A stretch of 32,346 nucleotides of DNA from Geosiphon pyriformis uo1 (GCA_016748015.1 JAAOMT010000142.1:12469-44814); one strand, 5' to 3'. Shown: positions 11,001 to 23,738, counted from the first letter of the stretch. Notes: a model not told the origin generated them from the letters alone. Numbers and translations: made by a program.

Positions 11001-11708
11001 TTATCACATGTATTAGTCACTAATGTCATATAATTAGCCACTCTATTTTTAGATAGTAATCATTGACCTGATTAATGACCTGACCATTGACCTGATTATT
11101 GACCTGATCATTGACCTGATCAATGACCTAATTGTTGACCTAATCATTGACCTGATTATTGACCTAGCTGTTGACTTGGTCATTGACCACTTTCAATAGC
11201 TATATAAGCAATGAGTCTCTTAGCTGTAAAAAATCATCTTTTAGACAAAAATCAAATAAATAAAAATAACAACTTTTATCTCAATCACTCTCTTATTGCT
11301 AATTTCCCTTTCCCTACTTTTAAGTATCTGAACATTTTAGGATAAAAGATTACTTGTTGGCTTTTTTCTGACGTATATAATTGTAGCATTTGAAGATTAT
11401 TTGAATAAACATGACTGAAGAGCACAAGTTGATACCTAATATTGAATTTTAAGAGCACCGACATGAGGCATAGAATTATATCAGCAGTTATCAATTTTTA
11501 ACAGTACGGACTATTCCTCTACCTTCAGATTCCCTTGTTATCTTTTGAAAAGAATAGCGACTGAAATATTTTATAAGACTGATCTTGCACATTGAATCCA
11601 TACTCATTCAATTTGCTCATTGAAGTTGAATCCTCTTTGATTATTTCCATCACCCTACAATTCTGTTCTCTTTTGCTATCTGTTAGCTTGTTACTCCAAC
11701 TCGTAACA
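10970..11708 (+). repeat. E1 3' LTR
   Basis: About 90% identical to 3890-4628; followed by the TSD ATAT. Confidence 0.97.
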
Positions 11709-12923
11709 ATATAAAGTTGCCCAAAGAATTTTTTATAAATTCCTAATTATTAAAAGATATGAATTTATTATTTTTTAATTTACTTCAAGATATTAAAATA
11801 TCTTTAAGTAAATCCACAAAATCAACTCAAAAGTTTAATATTGCAATTACAGAACATGGTTTGAGTGGAGGTCAGTTTTCTAAATATTTTTCTATTTTAA
11901 AGTTTTAAAGTCAAGTATTTTTTTTAACATTAAAAATTTTTTTAACTATATATATATATTAGTATATGCTTGTATTGCTGTATTTAAATAGATATTGAAA
12001 AGAGATAAAACTTGGCCAGATACTAATATAAATACAATAAGATATTATTTATATTTATGAAGCTTTAAGAATTGAAAATAAGTATTTTAGTAATGTTATC
12101 AATATAAAAATTATTCATCATTGTTTTACTTATGGAAATAATTATGTGCTATACTTTCCTTTGTATTCAAATGAGTGGAACCATTTTGGTACTAGATTGA
12201 ATTATTGAATAATTGTAATTGTTCTGTTGACAATGTGTATTGGGACTGTAATTCTATTTTGCCTTCAATTGATCAAAAAAATTTATGGTCCTATTTGTCG
12301 TATTCTTTAGAAAATATGATTAGTATTAATTTATATTAAATTTAAGAATTTTTCAGTAAAAAAACATTGAAAAATTGTTTTTCTTATTTTTTAAAAGTGT
12401 AATGCAGATTAATTAATAAATAAAGTTCCAAACAAATTATTTTATAATGAGCCTTATTTTGGGGTTAAAATAGACAATTGTAAATCAATTAATAAGGTAG
12501 GAAGTTTTGAAGAAATTATAAGAATGATTAACAACAGCAAATATTTTTTGATTATTAAATTAATTAATATATCAATAATTAATATTTTTAAATAAGACTT
12601 TATATATATTGATTTAAATTATATATTTATAATTTCTTTATTAATAATTACATTTCAAATTAATATTAAAGAGAATCTATTTAAGATTTATTAAAGAAAC
12701 TATTTTTCATAAAAATTCTTAAAAGAAATTGTTACTTTTTAAAGCAATATTTTCTAAATATTCAAACTTTAATTTTTTTATCTTATTCCTTCAACTTTGA
12801 ATTTTATATTATTACTGCTGCTAAAAGACATCATGAAAGTTCTCAAAGTTTAATTATAATTAAGTAAATAATTAAAAGTTAAAAAATAAAAGTTTCAACT
12901 ATAACAATATTATTTTTAACAAA

Positions 12924-14739
12924 TTTTTTTTTTATTTTGAAATTAATGAGTAAAATCCAACTGCTATTTAGTACATAGAATCAAACTAAGTAAAACAAAT
13001 TAAACACAGCTTATACACTTACTATATGTGACTAGCCACTCAAGTCAGACAAAACAACACTAAACATCTATGCCAACAAAAGCATTACTACCTAAATCTG
13101 AAAAAAAATGACATATTCTGCATTTACTAATACTATTAGTAAAAAATTTCACAATACTAAGCATACAAACCATTCTATTCAACAACAAGATATCACACAA
13201 TAAGACAAGTCCAAAACCAAATTATTATTGCTAACCAAACCAGTTTTTTCCATATTTACTCTATGCTTAAATCTAACAAGCCATATTTTAGTGTAGTGTA
13301 AGTCCACTACAAACTTAATGTATTCAACAATAATCAAAGCAGCCTTTTTTATTTCTTTAAAAACTAAAACAGTTTCAGTGAGCTAATTTTTCAACACAAA
13401 ATCTTTGCAAATTACAGCATAAAGATCCATATCTAAAGAACATATTGAAAGTGATTGCAAAACAGCCCAATTTATTTCTTTAATCATAATATTTAAAACC
13501 ATATCATAACCAAGACCAGCCTTTCAATAAGCATAGCAAATTGACTGATACAGATCATAAACAAAATAATAAACATTATCAGATACAGCAGTACTCTTAG
13601 CAACCAAAAACCATTTTCAAATCCCAACTGGCAAAGAAAAAGAAGTAAAAGTGGTCTTACTAGCCAATTTATCAGCCCTAATATTGTTCAGAATCTCTGA
13701 ATGTCTCTTAACTTTCATTTATTTAACTAAAATGCTTCTATCTCTAATAAAATTAGCTATATGCAATCTTTCAATCCAATATTGACTGCAGAAATCTGGC
13801 ACAGCAAATAAAACTTCAGATATATAAGCATTAATTACAGATTAACTGTCCAAATAAAAAACTACAGCACAAGAAAATAGAATATACTTCAAAGTCAAAG
13901 CAATAGCTTGCAACTTAGCCAAAGTAAAAAACAAAAGCCCAAATACTTTGAATTCAATACTCATATCCACAACTAAAAAGTAAGCAGCTGCCTTACTCAC
14001 TACCTTAGCAAAACTAGCATCCTTTAAGAATTCATCTGTGTAAATCTCAATACAATTTGACCAAATCTTTAATAAACTATTATACACATTAAAAAATTTT
14101 TCAGAATTCAAAACATTTAATACAGGCAATCTAAAATTACCATCAGACTCATTTTCTAAAAAAACATTATTTCTTATAAATTCAAAAGCCAATACAAATC
14201 AGTAAAGCACAAAGCCTCTTAGATCTAATCTTTTTTACTGTTAAAATGTTTTTCAGTTTATCACATTCCCTTTTTTGTTCAGAAATTTGTCACCAAATGG
14301 CACACTAAACCATTTTAAAAAAAAACAAAATTGTAAAACAAGAGCTGTCTTAAAATATTAGATATTAAAAATCTATCAAAGCTATGAAAAGCACTAGGCA
14401 AATTGTTTAAAACAACTCATTATCTAAAAATATTTTCACCACATTGGCCAAAAAATTATTTGTTGAACTAATACACAATTTAATAGAAAACTGCAAAGAA
14501 TTCAAAGGAGATTACTTCAGAATCTGTAAATTCAAAAATCTGTATTCAAATAACTGTTCAAAAATGCTTCAGATATTTGAAAAGAAGATCAATAAAGCTA
14601 ACTTCCCTTCAAATTAGACTTGCTCAAAAGATTTCAAACCATACAAAAATAAATGGTACAATATCTCACTAGGAAAGTTACATGGTAAACTAGCTTTAGT
14701 CTTTTTCAACACCATATTAGAAAAGAATCTAACATTTAT
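12924..14739 (-). mobile_element. LINE (non-LTR retrotransposon) 3' part: post-RT region, RNase H, C-terminus, 3' UTR, poly(A)
   Basis: RNase H motifs IEIYTDEFL, LAKLQAIAL, FYLDS and VKVKRHSE..NIRADKLA. ORF2 stop at ~13060. AATAAA plus A10 tail (T-run 12924-12933). Confidence 0.85.
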
Positions 14740-15733
14740 TATTATGAATAAACTTGGTAGGATAGGAAGATAATAATATTTGGTGTTCTCAATTATTGGT
14801 AAGGCATATTTTGCATAATTCTGGTGGCTTAATCTTGATTATCAGTCTTTGAAGATCTTATTTTACTGGTTGTAAATTTACACATTGAGTTCTTTGGTTA
14901 TAAGACACAGAGTTTTGGTTCTTATTAATTGCAATTTTTTATAAAAATAAGCATAGTTATTAGGGTCCAGCATTGTTTTTTCGCCCTTCTGATAAGCTAT
15001 TAAGATAACATTAATATCCAAAAACCTAGAAGGAGCTTTTTTTTTTACCAGGTTATTACAAAGTTTATTTCCAGACAGTTAATTTTACTATGTTGCCATT
15101 TCACAAAGAATAAAGAAAAGAAATAAAAAAAATAAAAATAAAAATAAAAATAAAAAAAAAAATAAAAAAAAAAAGAATTATTATTGTAAATCACTATAAT
15201 TAAGAGTCATTGGTCCAAATTGTTAATAGTTTAAGGCAATTATACTAAGAGCATCTGTCCTGAAACAAAGATATGAAACAATGATTAATTCACATAAAAT
15301 TCACAAAGTTCGAGAGCATAAATTCATAATTCTAATTTCTCAATAATTGATTTATTTTAGAAGATGAAGATGAAATAGAATAAATAATAGAAAGAGTAAG
15401 GATATTTGATTCTTGTCTAGTGGTTCATATCTATCTGTTTTTTTACTTTTCTCAACTACTCATTTTTATATATATTTTTGGTTTTACAGGATTGCTTTTT
15501 GATTGTTCTGTTATTGTTAACTATTGCTTTGCTATTTCTGTAATTACTTCATTCTTTTACATTAGTACTAGTTATCCTATGTTATAACACTTTATCTAGT
15601 ATTATTACATATTATTCTGTATTATCCCATATTATAATGCATTATTCTGTGTTATCTTACATTATTGTATATTATTCTGTATTATGTCACATTTTGGTCA
15701 TAACTTTGGATTGGTTTTTCTATTCAGATAATA
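14740..15733 (-). repeat. E2 3' LTR (994 bp) with ~30-bp U3 repeats and an A-rich simple repeat
   Basis: 14740-~15344 matches 23758-24382 directly; ~15364-15733 matches 25994-26373 inverted. Termini are eroded to TA..TA. Confidence 0.92.
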
Positions 15734-16461
15734 TTATCTCTCTCTTTTTAGAATTGAGCTCCTGCAAAATTATATATATTTGTTATCATGACTTTATTTA
15801 TGTAGTATTTGATAATTGTGTTGAGTATTGTTCTTCATAGGTCTTTAAACTGTTAATTGGTTATTTGTATTATATTGTTAACTATTATAGTCTTTATAGA
15901 TCTATATAATAGTACATTTAGACAATATTAGAAAGCAGCATATAGTCAATATGCTGTTTTGTAATATAGGGTCAGATTGCTTTTTCCTATGAATTTCTTT
16001 ACTTGTTATATTGCTTTTTTGTTAAAAGTTTTCTGGCTGAAGTCTTCATATGATGTCTTCAAATTTAATTGTTCACCAATTTTGTAGAACCAATATGCTG
16101 ATGGAAGTTTCTCTTTCCATTCCTGGGCATTGTCTAATGTCCACTTCTCTGTTTTAGGGAGTTTGGTCCTATGAGCTAAAGCTTTTTTGATTTTTTCAAG
16201 CTCAGAGACCACATATCTTTTATAAACTTCTTTTATTTCTGGTTCCATCCAAGAAAAAGCTTTTTGCCAATTTTTTCTCTCAGGCATTGGGTAAAAGTAG
16301 GACTATTTAGTTTTAGTTGAACTTTTGTTCTCTTTTTTTCTACTCCTATCTTTATATCGTATCTTTTTTCTATTAATTGTTACTTCTATTTGAGCAGAAG
16401 ATTGTTGAATTACATTAAATAATTGTTTTGAGAGTTGTAGAATTTGATCTAACAAGTTCAT
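15725..16461 (-). pseudogene. E2 extra 3' ORF (~240 codons, unknown function), reading through the PPT into the LTR
   Basis: MNLLDQILQ... The ORFs 16303-16671 and 16006-16287 and the downstream sequence share one frame, broken by stops consistent with CAA/CGA/CAG transitions, and end FAGAQF*KERDNII. Confidence 0.65.
15734..15750 (-). promoter_or_regulatory. E2 polypurine tract
   Basis: AAAAAGAGAGAGATAA immediately precedes the 3' LTR on the minus strand. Confidence 0.75.
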
Positions 16462-16599
16462 ATTGAAAGTTCTATTGTTTTTTGCTGTTTTTTGAATGCT
16501 ATATATATTTGAATTCTCTAATTTAATTTGCTGCATATTGTCTATAATATGATAACAATAATTGGTTCCAGATCTCATGATATATCTTTTGATTTGATT

Positions 16600-17908
16600 A
16601 ATAAAATTTGTGTTACTAGTTGAGGTACTGATGATGATAATTTTTGTTTTACATAATAAATTTTTAACCAATTTCTATGCACTATTTTTTTTAGAATTCT
16701 GTCTTCCAATTGTAATTTGTAAACTCCATTATCTAAAACTTCGTGTATATGGAATGGACCATCTCACTTTGGGTCAAACTTTCCACTTCATTGTTTCTCA
16801 GCTTTTGTACAATGTAACAGTACTTGGTCTCCAATCTTGAATTCCATTGGTTGTTCAGATAGTTTTTTATTATGTCTTTTTTTATTGTTGTTCCTAAGCA
16901 TTACTAATGTTATCAGTTGCTGTTCTATGATTATTTTCTAATATTTCTATAAGCTGGTATGTTTTATGGTATAAGGTTACTTCAAAATTCTCTTTGGTGA
17001 TAGCTTCTATCAAGTACAACTGTATTTTTTTTTAATAGGTAGAGTGGTTTTTTTTCTATAGACTAATTTAAATAGTGTGAACTAAGTCATATTTTGTTTT
17101 AGTGTTTAGTATACAAAAAGTACAGAAGATATAAATAAGTCCCATTTTTGTTCATTTTCATAACTTATTTTTGCTAATGCTTCATATAGTGTTCAGTTAA
17201 ATCATTCTACCAATCTATTTATTTGTGAGTAATATGGTGATGATAAAAGCTGTTTTATTCCAAACCATTGATTTAATTTAGTTAACATATTATTTACAAA
17301 ATGTGTTTCTTGATCAGATAGCAGTTTTTTCAGACATCCATGTCTGCAAATTAGCTCTTGGTGTATGAACTCAGTTATTGTTTTCGCATTTGCTACTTAG
17401 ATAGCTTTGGCTTTTGGCCATTTTGTTAAATAGTCTATGGTTACAGCAATATAACAATTTTTTTTGAATGTTATGAAAAGAGAACCAACCAAATCAATTC
17501 CAATTCTATCAAATAGATTTCTAACTGGAATGAGTTGAAGAGGTTCCATTGTTCTGACTTCTTCTCTTTGCTGACATAAGTTACAATTAAACACATATTC
17601 AAAAATGTCTTTGTACATTATTGGCCAATAGTATAAATTTAGGATTCTTTTAAGGGTAGCATCTTTGTTAAAGTGTTCTGCAGTTAGATCAAAATGTATA
17701 CTGTGTAATATAGTTTCTTTTTTTTTGTTTTTGATAACTTGTTGTGAGTGAAGTGGTTTTGGCATTCTCATTAATATAGTTGATTGTCTTAAATAAAATA
17801 ATTTCAGGCTTGTTTTCATATAGTACTTTATTCCTGTTGAAATAGTATTTCCTTGAAACATAGTGTTGATAGATACTGATATAGTTGGTAATAATTAGTT
17901 GTGTCCAT
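16600..17908 (-). pseudogene. E2 integrase in its own ORF (no chromodomain)
   Basis: ATG at 17908 (MDTTNYYQL), 10 nt after the RNase H stop, +1 frame. HFDLTAEHF..YYWP..CNLCQ, IGIDLVG, SDQETHF, FKIGDQVLL..GPF. Contains stops and a frameshift. Confidence 0.9.
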
Positions 17909-17918
17909 GGGTCTGAGA

Positions 17919-19330
17919 TTAGGTTTGTGGCATTCTCAACAAACTGTTAGCATTGATGTTTTTGGATCTTTTCTTGTAATAAACTTTGAGTAGAAATTGT
18001 TGCAAATAAGTACTCTATTTTGCATATTTTCTCTTTAGTTATAGATTATTGAGTAATCAAACAAGTCCTTTATGATCAGTATATAAGTCAAAGTGCAAGC
18101 TAAAATAATGTTTCCATGTCTGTACAGTCTAATAAATGACAAAACATTTCAGATCTGTTGTGCTGTAATTTTTTTCTGCTGAACTAGTGCTATGACTGGT
18201 ATAAGCAATTGGATGTTTTCTATTGTCTGGTTTTATTTGTGATAAAACTGCTTCTAGAGTATTTTTCAAGATGTCTGTAGTAATAATGAACTATTTAGTG
18301 AAATCTGGATAAATCAGGATTGGGGATGTGATCAATTGCTGCTTGAGATAGTTGAATGCTTTTTGTTGATCTTTTTTTTATAAGTATAGCACATATTTGA
18401 ACAACAAGTGGTAAAAAAGTTTTGTGATAAGTAAAAATCCTTTGACAAATTGGCAGTAATATTTTGCTAATTCTAAAAATCTTCATAACTCTTAAAGGTT
18501 GATTGGGGCTGAAAAATCTTTAACTTTTTGGACCTTGTTCAGGTCAGGTTTGACTTCATTTTTGTCAATCATGTGTTCTAAAAATTTCAACTCGGTTTTC
18601 CCAAAGAAACATTTTTTAAGATTAAGTTTTAATTCAGCATTTTAAAAGTATTTAAAGACTTGTTGAAGGTACAGCAGATAATTATCAAATGTTTCAAAGA
18701 ACATGTTTGTGTTGTCTAAATAAACTATGACTGATTTTCAAAAAATTTTTTTGTACATAACATTCATAAGGCATTGGAATGTAACAGAAGCATTGCAAAG
18801 TCTAAAGGGCATTATATTGAATTCAATATTTCTGTCTCAAGTGGTAAATGATGTTTTTTCTTTATTTTTAAGATCTATTTTGATCTGCCAATATTTACTG
18901 GCTAGATTTAATGACAAGAACCTTTTTTTTTTCTAGATTGTCCAGGATTTTTTGTATGAGGGAGTAGTGTAATTATCTCTTTGGGTAACACTATTTAATT
19001 TTTGGTAATTCACACAAAATTGTATTTTTCTGTTTTTTTTGGTGATCAGAACTACTGAGAAGAATCAAAAGCTTAACAATTTTTTGATTAAGTCATTGTT
19101 GAGCATTCATTGGACTTCTTGTTTGATAAGATTGTTACCAGATAAGAGTACTTGATAAGTCTGCTGTTTAATAAGTCATGCATCTTCCATATCAATTTGA
19201 TGCTTTACAATGTCAGTGTATTCAAACTTATTTTCACTGGTAAAAACATTAGTGTATTGATTTAAAAGAATCTTAAGTTGAATTTGCTAGAGAGTATTCA
19301 GGTTTTCCAAATGTAGTTTGTCAATTTTTT
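17919..19330 (-). pseudogene. pol: E2 reverse transcriptase and RNase H
   Basis: IQFCVNYQKLN, MPFRLCNA, VYLDN (18711-18716 region), TTDILKNTLEAVLSQ, YTDHKGL; many stops. Confidence 0.92.
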
Positions 19331-19744
19331 CTGGCATAAACAGGTAATTTATTTTGGCAAGTTCTATACTTGTGAGATAATATCACAAAATAAAAATAGC
19401 TGTGTAAAATCTGGAATGAGCTGGAGTTTTTTGGAATATTAGATGTTTGGTGAAATAGAATTAACGAGAGTCTCTTTGAGGATTTCAATTACATTTTCTG
19501 TAAGGTTGTGAATGAGGATTTTGAAGTGTTTATGGATTTTGGCTGGTAGATATAAGTTAGCAATATTTGCTAAAGAACAGATTTTAGGATTGGCTTCAAA
19601 TAACAAGACTTAATCTTGGATCTTTTAATTTATCTTGAGAATATATTGTCAGTAAAAGGAGATAGAAATAACTGTATTGGTGTAAATAAGTTCTACCTAA
19701 TTACTATCTTCCTCTATAAAATTGATTAGTACATTTTCTTTTTT

Positions 19745-20150
19745 ACTTGATCCAAATCTGTTGATTCCTTGGACAGTGAGGCCTAATTCTTCTTGGGTTG
19801 TTATCAGGATTAATTGGGGTATTTTGACTAAAAATAGGAAAATAGCTTGGAAAATCTTTTTTTGTAATTTTATTTTGTAAGATCTGTTCGAATTGTTCTG
19901 TAGCATTACAATGATGTTTTCCATATAACTGGCATTAATAATTTCTTTTTTTATGTTAATTTTTTTTTTGGCTAAATTAGATCAAAAAACAACTTGTACT
20001 ATTGTACTAACAGGAATTTTTAATGCTATTTTAAGATCTATTGTTACTAGGGAATATGGGGCTATAACTATGGTTGATTGTCCAGGGTATTATAGATCAA
20101 AACCAGCATTGGTGTTATGCACTTTTTCAGAGCAGATTTTTTTCTTATTG
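19745..20150 (-). pseudogene. dut: E2 trimeric dUTPase domain between protease and RT
   Basis: Motif 1 AGFDL (~20094-20107), motif 2 remnant (*SNLAKK), motif 3 remnant (IINASYMENI), motif 4 KIFQAIF, motif 5 QGINRFGSS. Confidence 0.88.
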
Positions 20151-20159
20151 TTACTGTAT

Positions 20160-21190
20160 TATTTTAATTCTAATTCTTTGAATAGATCAAGATACATGAG
20201 ATATTGTTCTGTTTTAGTATTCTCAATTGGATCTTGAAATAACATGTCCTTAGTGATTAATTCCTCTTCTATTTTGGGTTCTGGTAGTTTGGTGATTAGG
20301 TATAGTTTTCTTGGAGGTGAGTTAAATATGATATTGCATTTGTTACAATACTGAAAGTAATAAGAGATCAAACAATGATTGTACAGTTTTGTGTTTAGGT
20401 CAGCTAGTCTTTGTTTTTGCTCTTTTTTAGTCAATGCCAAGTTCTGGTAGTGCTTATGGAAGTATTCTGGGTTATTTTCAATGTTGCCAAAGATGTTAAA
20501 AGTCATAACATATTCAGATTCTGAAAGGAATAAGGGGTTGTTTTTAATTTCCAGTAATTTCCTGGTTGTAGTGCTTTCTGCTTTTACACTTGCCATTCTT
20601 CAAATCTTATGTTTATCATGAGGATACTTATCCAATTATCATAATGCTCATTTCCAAGTGTCATTAATTGGAGTTTTTTTTTGTATCCAATTATTAATCA
20701 AGATAGTGTATTGACATGCTTTATCGCATGTTCCTCCTCTGCCAGGAACATTGTTTTATAGTCTTTCATCTGGCAGAATTTTACCACAGGCAAGGCATGA
20801 TGTATTGTTCTATTTGTTTTGTCATTTTGGTCTACCAAATTTTTTCAACACACAAAGTCTGTAGTAATGTTTGGTGGTAGTTGACAATTCTTTGTCATCT
20901 CTGATATATGCACTCATAGAAGATAACTTTTTCTCACAGTTAACATAAATTAATTTTGGGGTTCAATATTATTTATTTTTTGACTTAGAACAGAATAGTT
21001 TGCAGGTGCTAATTATAGTTCTTTTTCTGTTTTTCTTTTTCTCTTTTCTTCTCAAGTTGGTAGTGAGAGTAATTTTGTTCGAAAATTGTTTACTTATGAA
21101 ACTTAATAGATTTCTATTGTTAGTGATAGTGTTGTGTCTTTGAATTCAATTAATGGTTGCTTTAAACTTTGGACTTTGAAGTGTCTGTAC
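20160..21190 (-). other. E2 ~340-codon Cys-rich insert between protease and dUTPase
   Basis: Remnants ICVNCEK, CLACGK, TCDKACQY and NHCLISYYFQYCNKCN; includes ORF 20159-20596. Confidence 0.6.
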
Positions 21191-21560
21191 ATAGCCAGAA
21201 CTCAGACATGTTGTTCATTAAAAGTAATCTGTAATTCCTGTATGTTCCAGTTAAGAATGGCATGGGCTTTGGCCAACCAGTTGTTTTCAATGAGAGCTTA
21301 ATATTGCATGGCTTCCATGATTAGAACTTTTGTAGAAATTTGAATTCTGTTAATTTCAAAAAGAAGTTATTGATTTCTCTGATTGAGGTTTTAGTATTGC
21401 TATCTGTGGTAATAATTTGGGTGGTTACAGTACGATCTACTTGGTGATCTAATTAATCCATGAGTTGTTTTGTTATTATACTGCCTGCTGATTCACTATC
21501 AAAAATTAATTTAATGTTTATGTTTTTGACTCTAGTATTAGTGTATAGGGCCATAATTGG
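21190..21560 (-). pseudogene. E2 aspartic protease
   Basis: KLIFDSESAGSII (DSG>DSE; D at 21498-21500) and ALIENNWLAK. Confidence 0.88.
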
Positions 21561-21759
21561 TTTGTCTTGATTTATGGCAGCTTCACTGAAAAGACTATTT
21601 GTGTTTAGACTGTCAATGTCAAAAGAGAAGATAGCAGCAAGAATGATATCTTTAGTGATAGTGGTAGGTGGAATAGTATTGTTGGTTTGATTTCATCTTG
21701 AAGAGTTGGGAGTTTTTCCTACATTTTTTTTTTCTAAAAGTGTAACACTATAAAAATCC

Positions 21760-23720
21760 TGGTTTTTAGTGAGACTAAGATATAAGACTTGGTTAAGGTA
21801 TTTGGTTGGTACTGGTCAAGATGGGACATTACTATGATTTAGGAATCATAATAATACACTGTTAGTTGGCATTTAATTGTTGCTGGAGTTTTTTCATTCT
21901 TGGTTGTAATCAATTACATGATGTTTAGATTGGTTATTAACAGGGTTTTGGTACTAGAGTGCTGTTTGAGCCATTGACTGTAATGACTAGTAGTAGTTTT
22001 AAGACAGTTGCTAAGTATAATGAATTTGTTGTGAGTATTGAGACAGTTAATATTAAAACATAGGGTATTGAAATACCATATTTTAAGAATATCTTAGTTG
22101 TTGATATTGATTTTCTTGATTTTGGTCCATTACTTTCTTATAATAGTTCTGGGCAATAGTAACAATTACAAAAATCAGATTTCTAAGATTGTTGGTATTG
22201 CTGATGATTTTGTTGTTATTGGTATCTGTTATTATTACTATCTCTTTGTTGTGGTAGCTAGTAGAATCCTACAATACTGCTAAAAATCTTTCAATTTTCT
22301 GAGTTAATTTTTTACTTAATTGAGTTATTTTTGTGTTAATATTAAATGTTTCATTAATAGCCAGATTAATGGCTTAAGTATGAATAGTCTTTTGTTCTAC
22401 TGACTTAAAGTTACAAGCAAAAATAACTGCCTCTTGTAGGTTTGTCAGGTAATAAGATCTTACAGATTGGAGAAGGCTGTTCTTTAATCTTTTGATGAAT
22501 TAATTAAAGATTTGTGCCACAGTGTAGTAGTCTCTTTTAATGGCCTAGATTTAATAAAAAATTTGGTTAAATCGTCTAAAATAAGTGGTTACTGCTTTAT
22601 GATCTTTTTGTTTTATAATACTGAACTGATTTTGTAATCTGATAAGAGTGTTGGGGTCACAAAAGTATTGCAGAAAGGCAAGTTTAAAGACAGTGAAGTC
22701 GGTTGGTTTCTTTGCAAGGCTTTGATATCATGAGTCTGCAGTTCCAGTCAGAAAGAATGGCAATGTTTGAATGGTTCTATTATCATCCCAATTGTTGGCA
22801 GTAATGACTTTCTTGGCTTCTGCAATGCATATATATGTGTCATCTTTTTTACTAGAGAATTTTTCTAATTTGGCAATATCTCAGTAAGCCATGATCTGAT
22901 GGGTAAGTAAAGTCTTACTGGTTAATGCTAAGGGGTTTAGTGTTTGTATGCTAGGGTGTTCTCCTGGTGCTAATTCTGGTTGTTTCTCTTTGTTAATTTT
23001 CTTAATGGGCTGGAGGATAGCTGTTTTTTCAGAGAGAGTAGTTGATAATTCAATCAAGAATTGGATTGGTAATAATTCTCATGTCAACATATTTCTATCT
23101 GTTTTATTAATTGTTGGGGTGAGATTTCCAAACAATGATCCATATTCTCCTAATAATTTGGTCCAATTGTGTTGACCCCAAGGGTGTGGATTTTTAGGAA
23201 TTTGTGGTGTTTTTGACTGGATTTTCAGGGGTGGGTTGAATACAATTTTACTTTGGGATGTCTAATAGTATGATAAAGTTGTTGAAGAGAGAAATTTTGG
23301 TTTTTTGTTGACCATGAACTTGGCTTGAGCAGTTGCAGGGTTGTTGAATTTGTTTTTGTGTTTCTTAGAGTCGGATTTCACTGGTTGTTGTACTTAAAAA
23401 AATTGTTTTGTCATGTAATATTTAATGTCTGTATTGATTATATACAGAGTTTTAACAATTGCTTAGGTAGTTATGGCTGTTAAGTACCTTAATAAGCTTT
23501 GATGGATTTGTTCTTTCAGTTTTCCTGTGTCGGTTGCACAGTATAATAAGCAGTCAATTTTTGCATTGATATAGTTACAAAAATCACTTTCTGCATAAGT
23601 GATTTCTGCTGGTATTCTTAGGTCTTTTCAAAAGTATTGAAATAATGCTCTTCTGTATAGAGAGTGGTCCTTTCCTACTGTTCTAATAGTTACTACTTTT
23701 GTGAATTTCTGGGTTACTCT
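21760..23720 (-). pseudogene. gag: E2 Gag: long N-terminal extension, capsid domain, Gln-rich C-terminus; in frame with protease
   Basis: IAKLEKFSSKKDD, AEAKKVITANNW, KQKDHKAVTTY; partial knuckle CNCYYC. The start position is approximate. Confidence 0.8.
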
Positions 23721-23738
23721 GTTTCTGTGAATTTATAA

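Larger units (their letters stand above)
3890..11708 (+). mobile_element. E1: full-length (7819 bp) Ty3/gypsy (Metaviridae) LTR retrotransposon, inactivated by point mutations
   Basis: Two colinear 739-bp LTRs (TGTTA..TAACA), 4-bp TSD ATAT (3886-3889 and 11709-11712), PBS, PPT, and domain order gag-PR-RT-RH-IN. Confidence 0.97.
3843..12310 (+). pseudogene. Possible intron-containing host pseudogene (C-terminal TM helix) disrupted by E1
   Basis: Acceptor TTAAC..ATAG at 3842. Removing E1 and one TSD gives AARNLKQVSIYFNNNI|KLPKEFFINS. Downstream are a GTCAGT..TAG intron-like segment (~11871-11990) and the hydrophobic run IIVIVLLTMCIGTVILFCLQLIKK (~12209-12280). In-frame stops are present. Confidence 0.25.

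Noticed and set aside
15637-15840. Hydrophobic small ORFs in the E2 LTRs (also 25996-26259)
   Set aside because: Translations of T-rich U3 tandem repeats.
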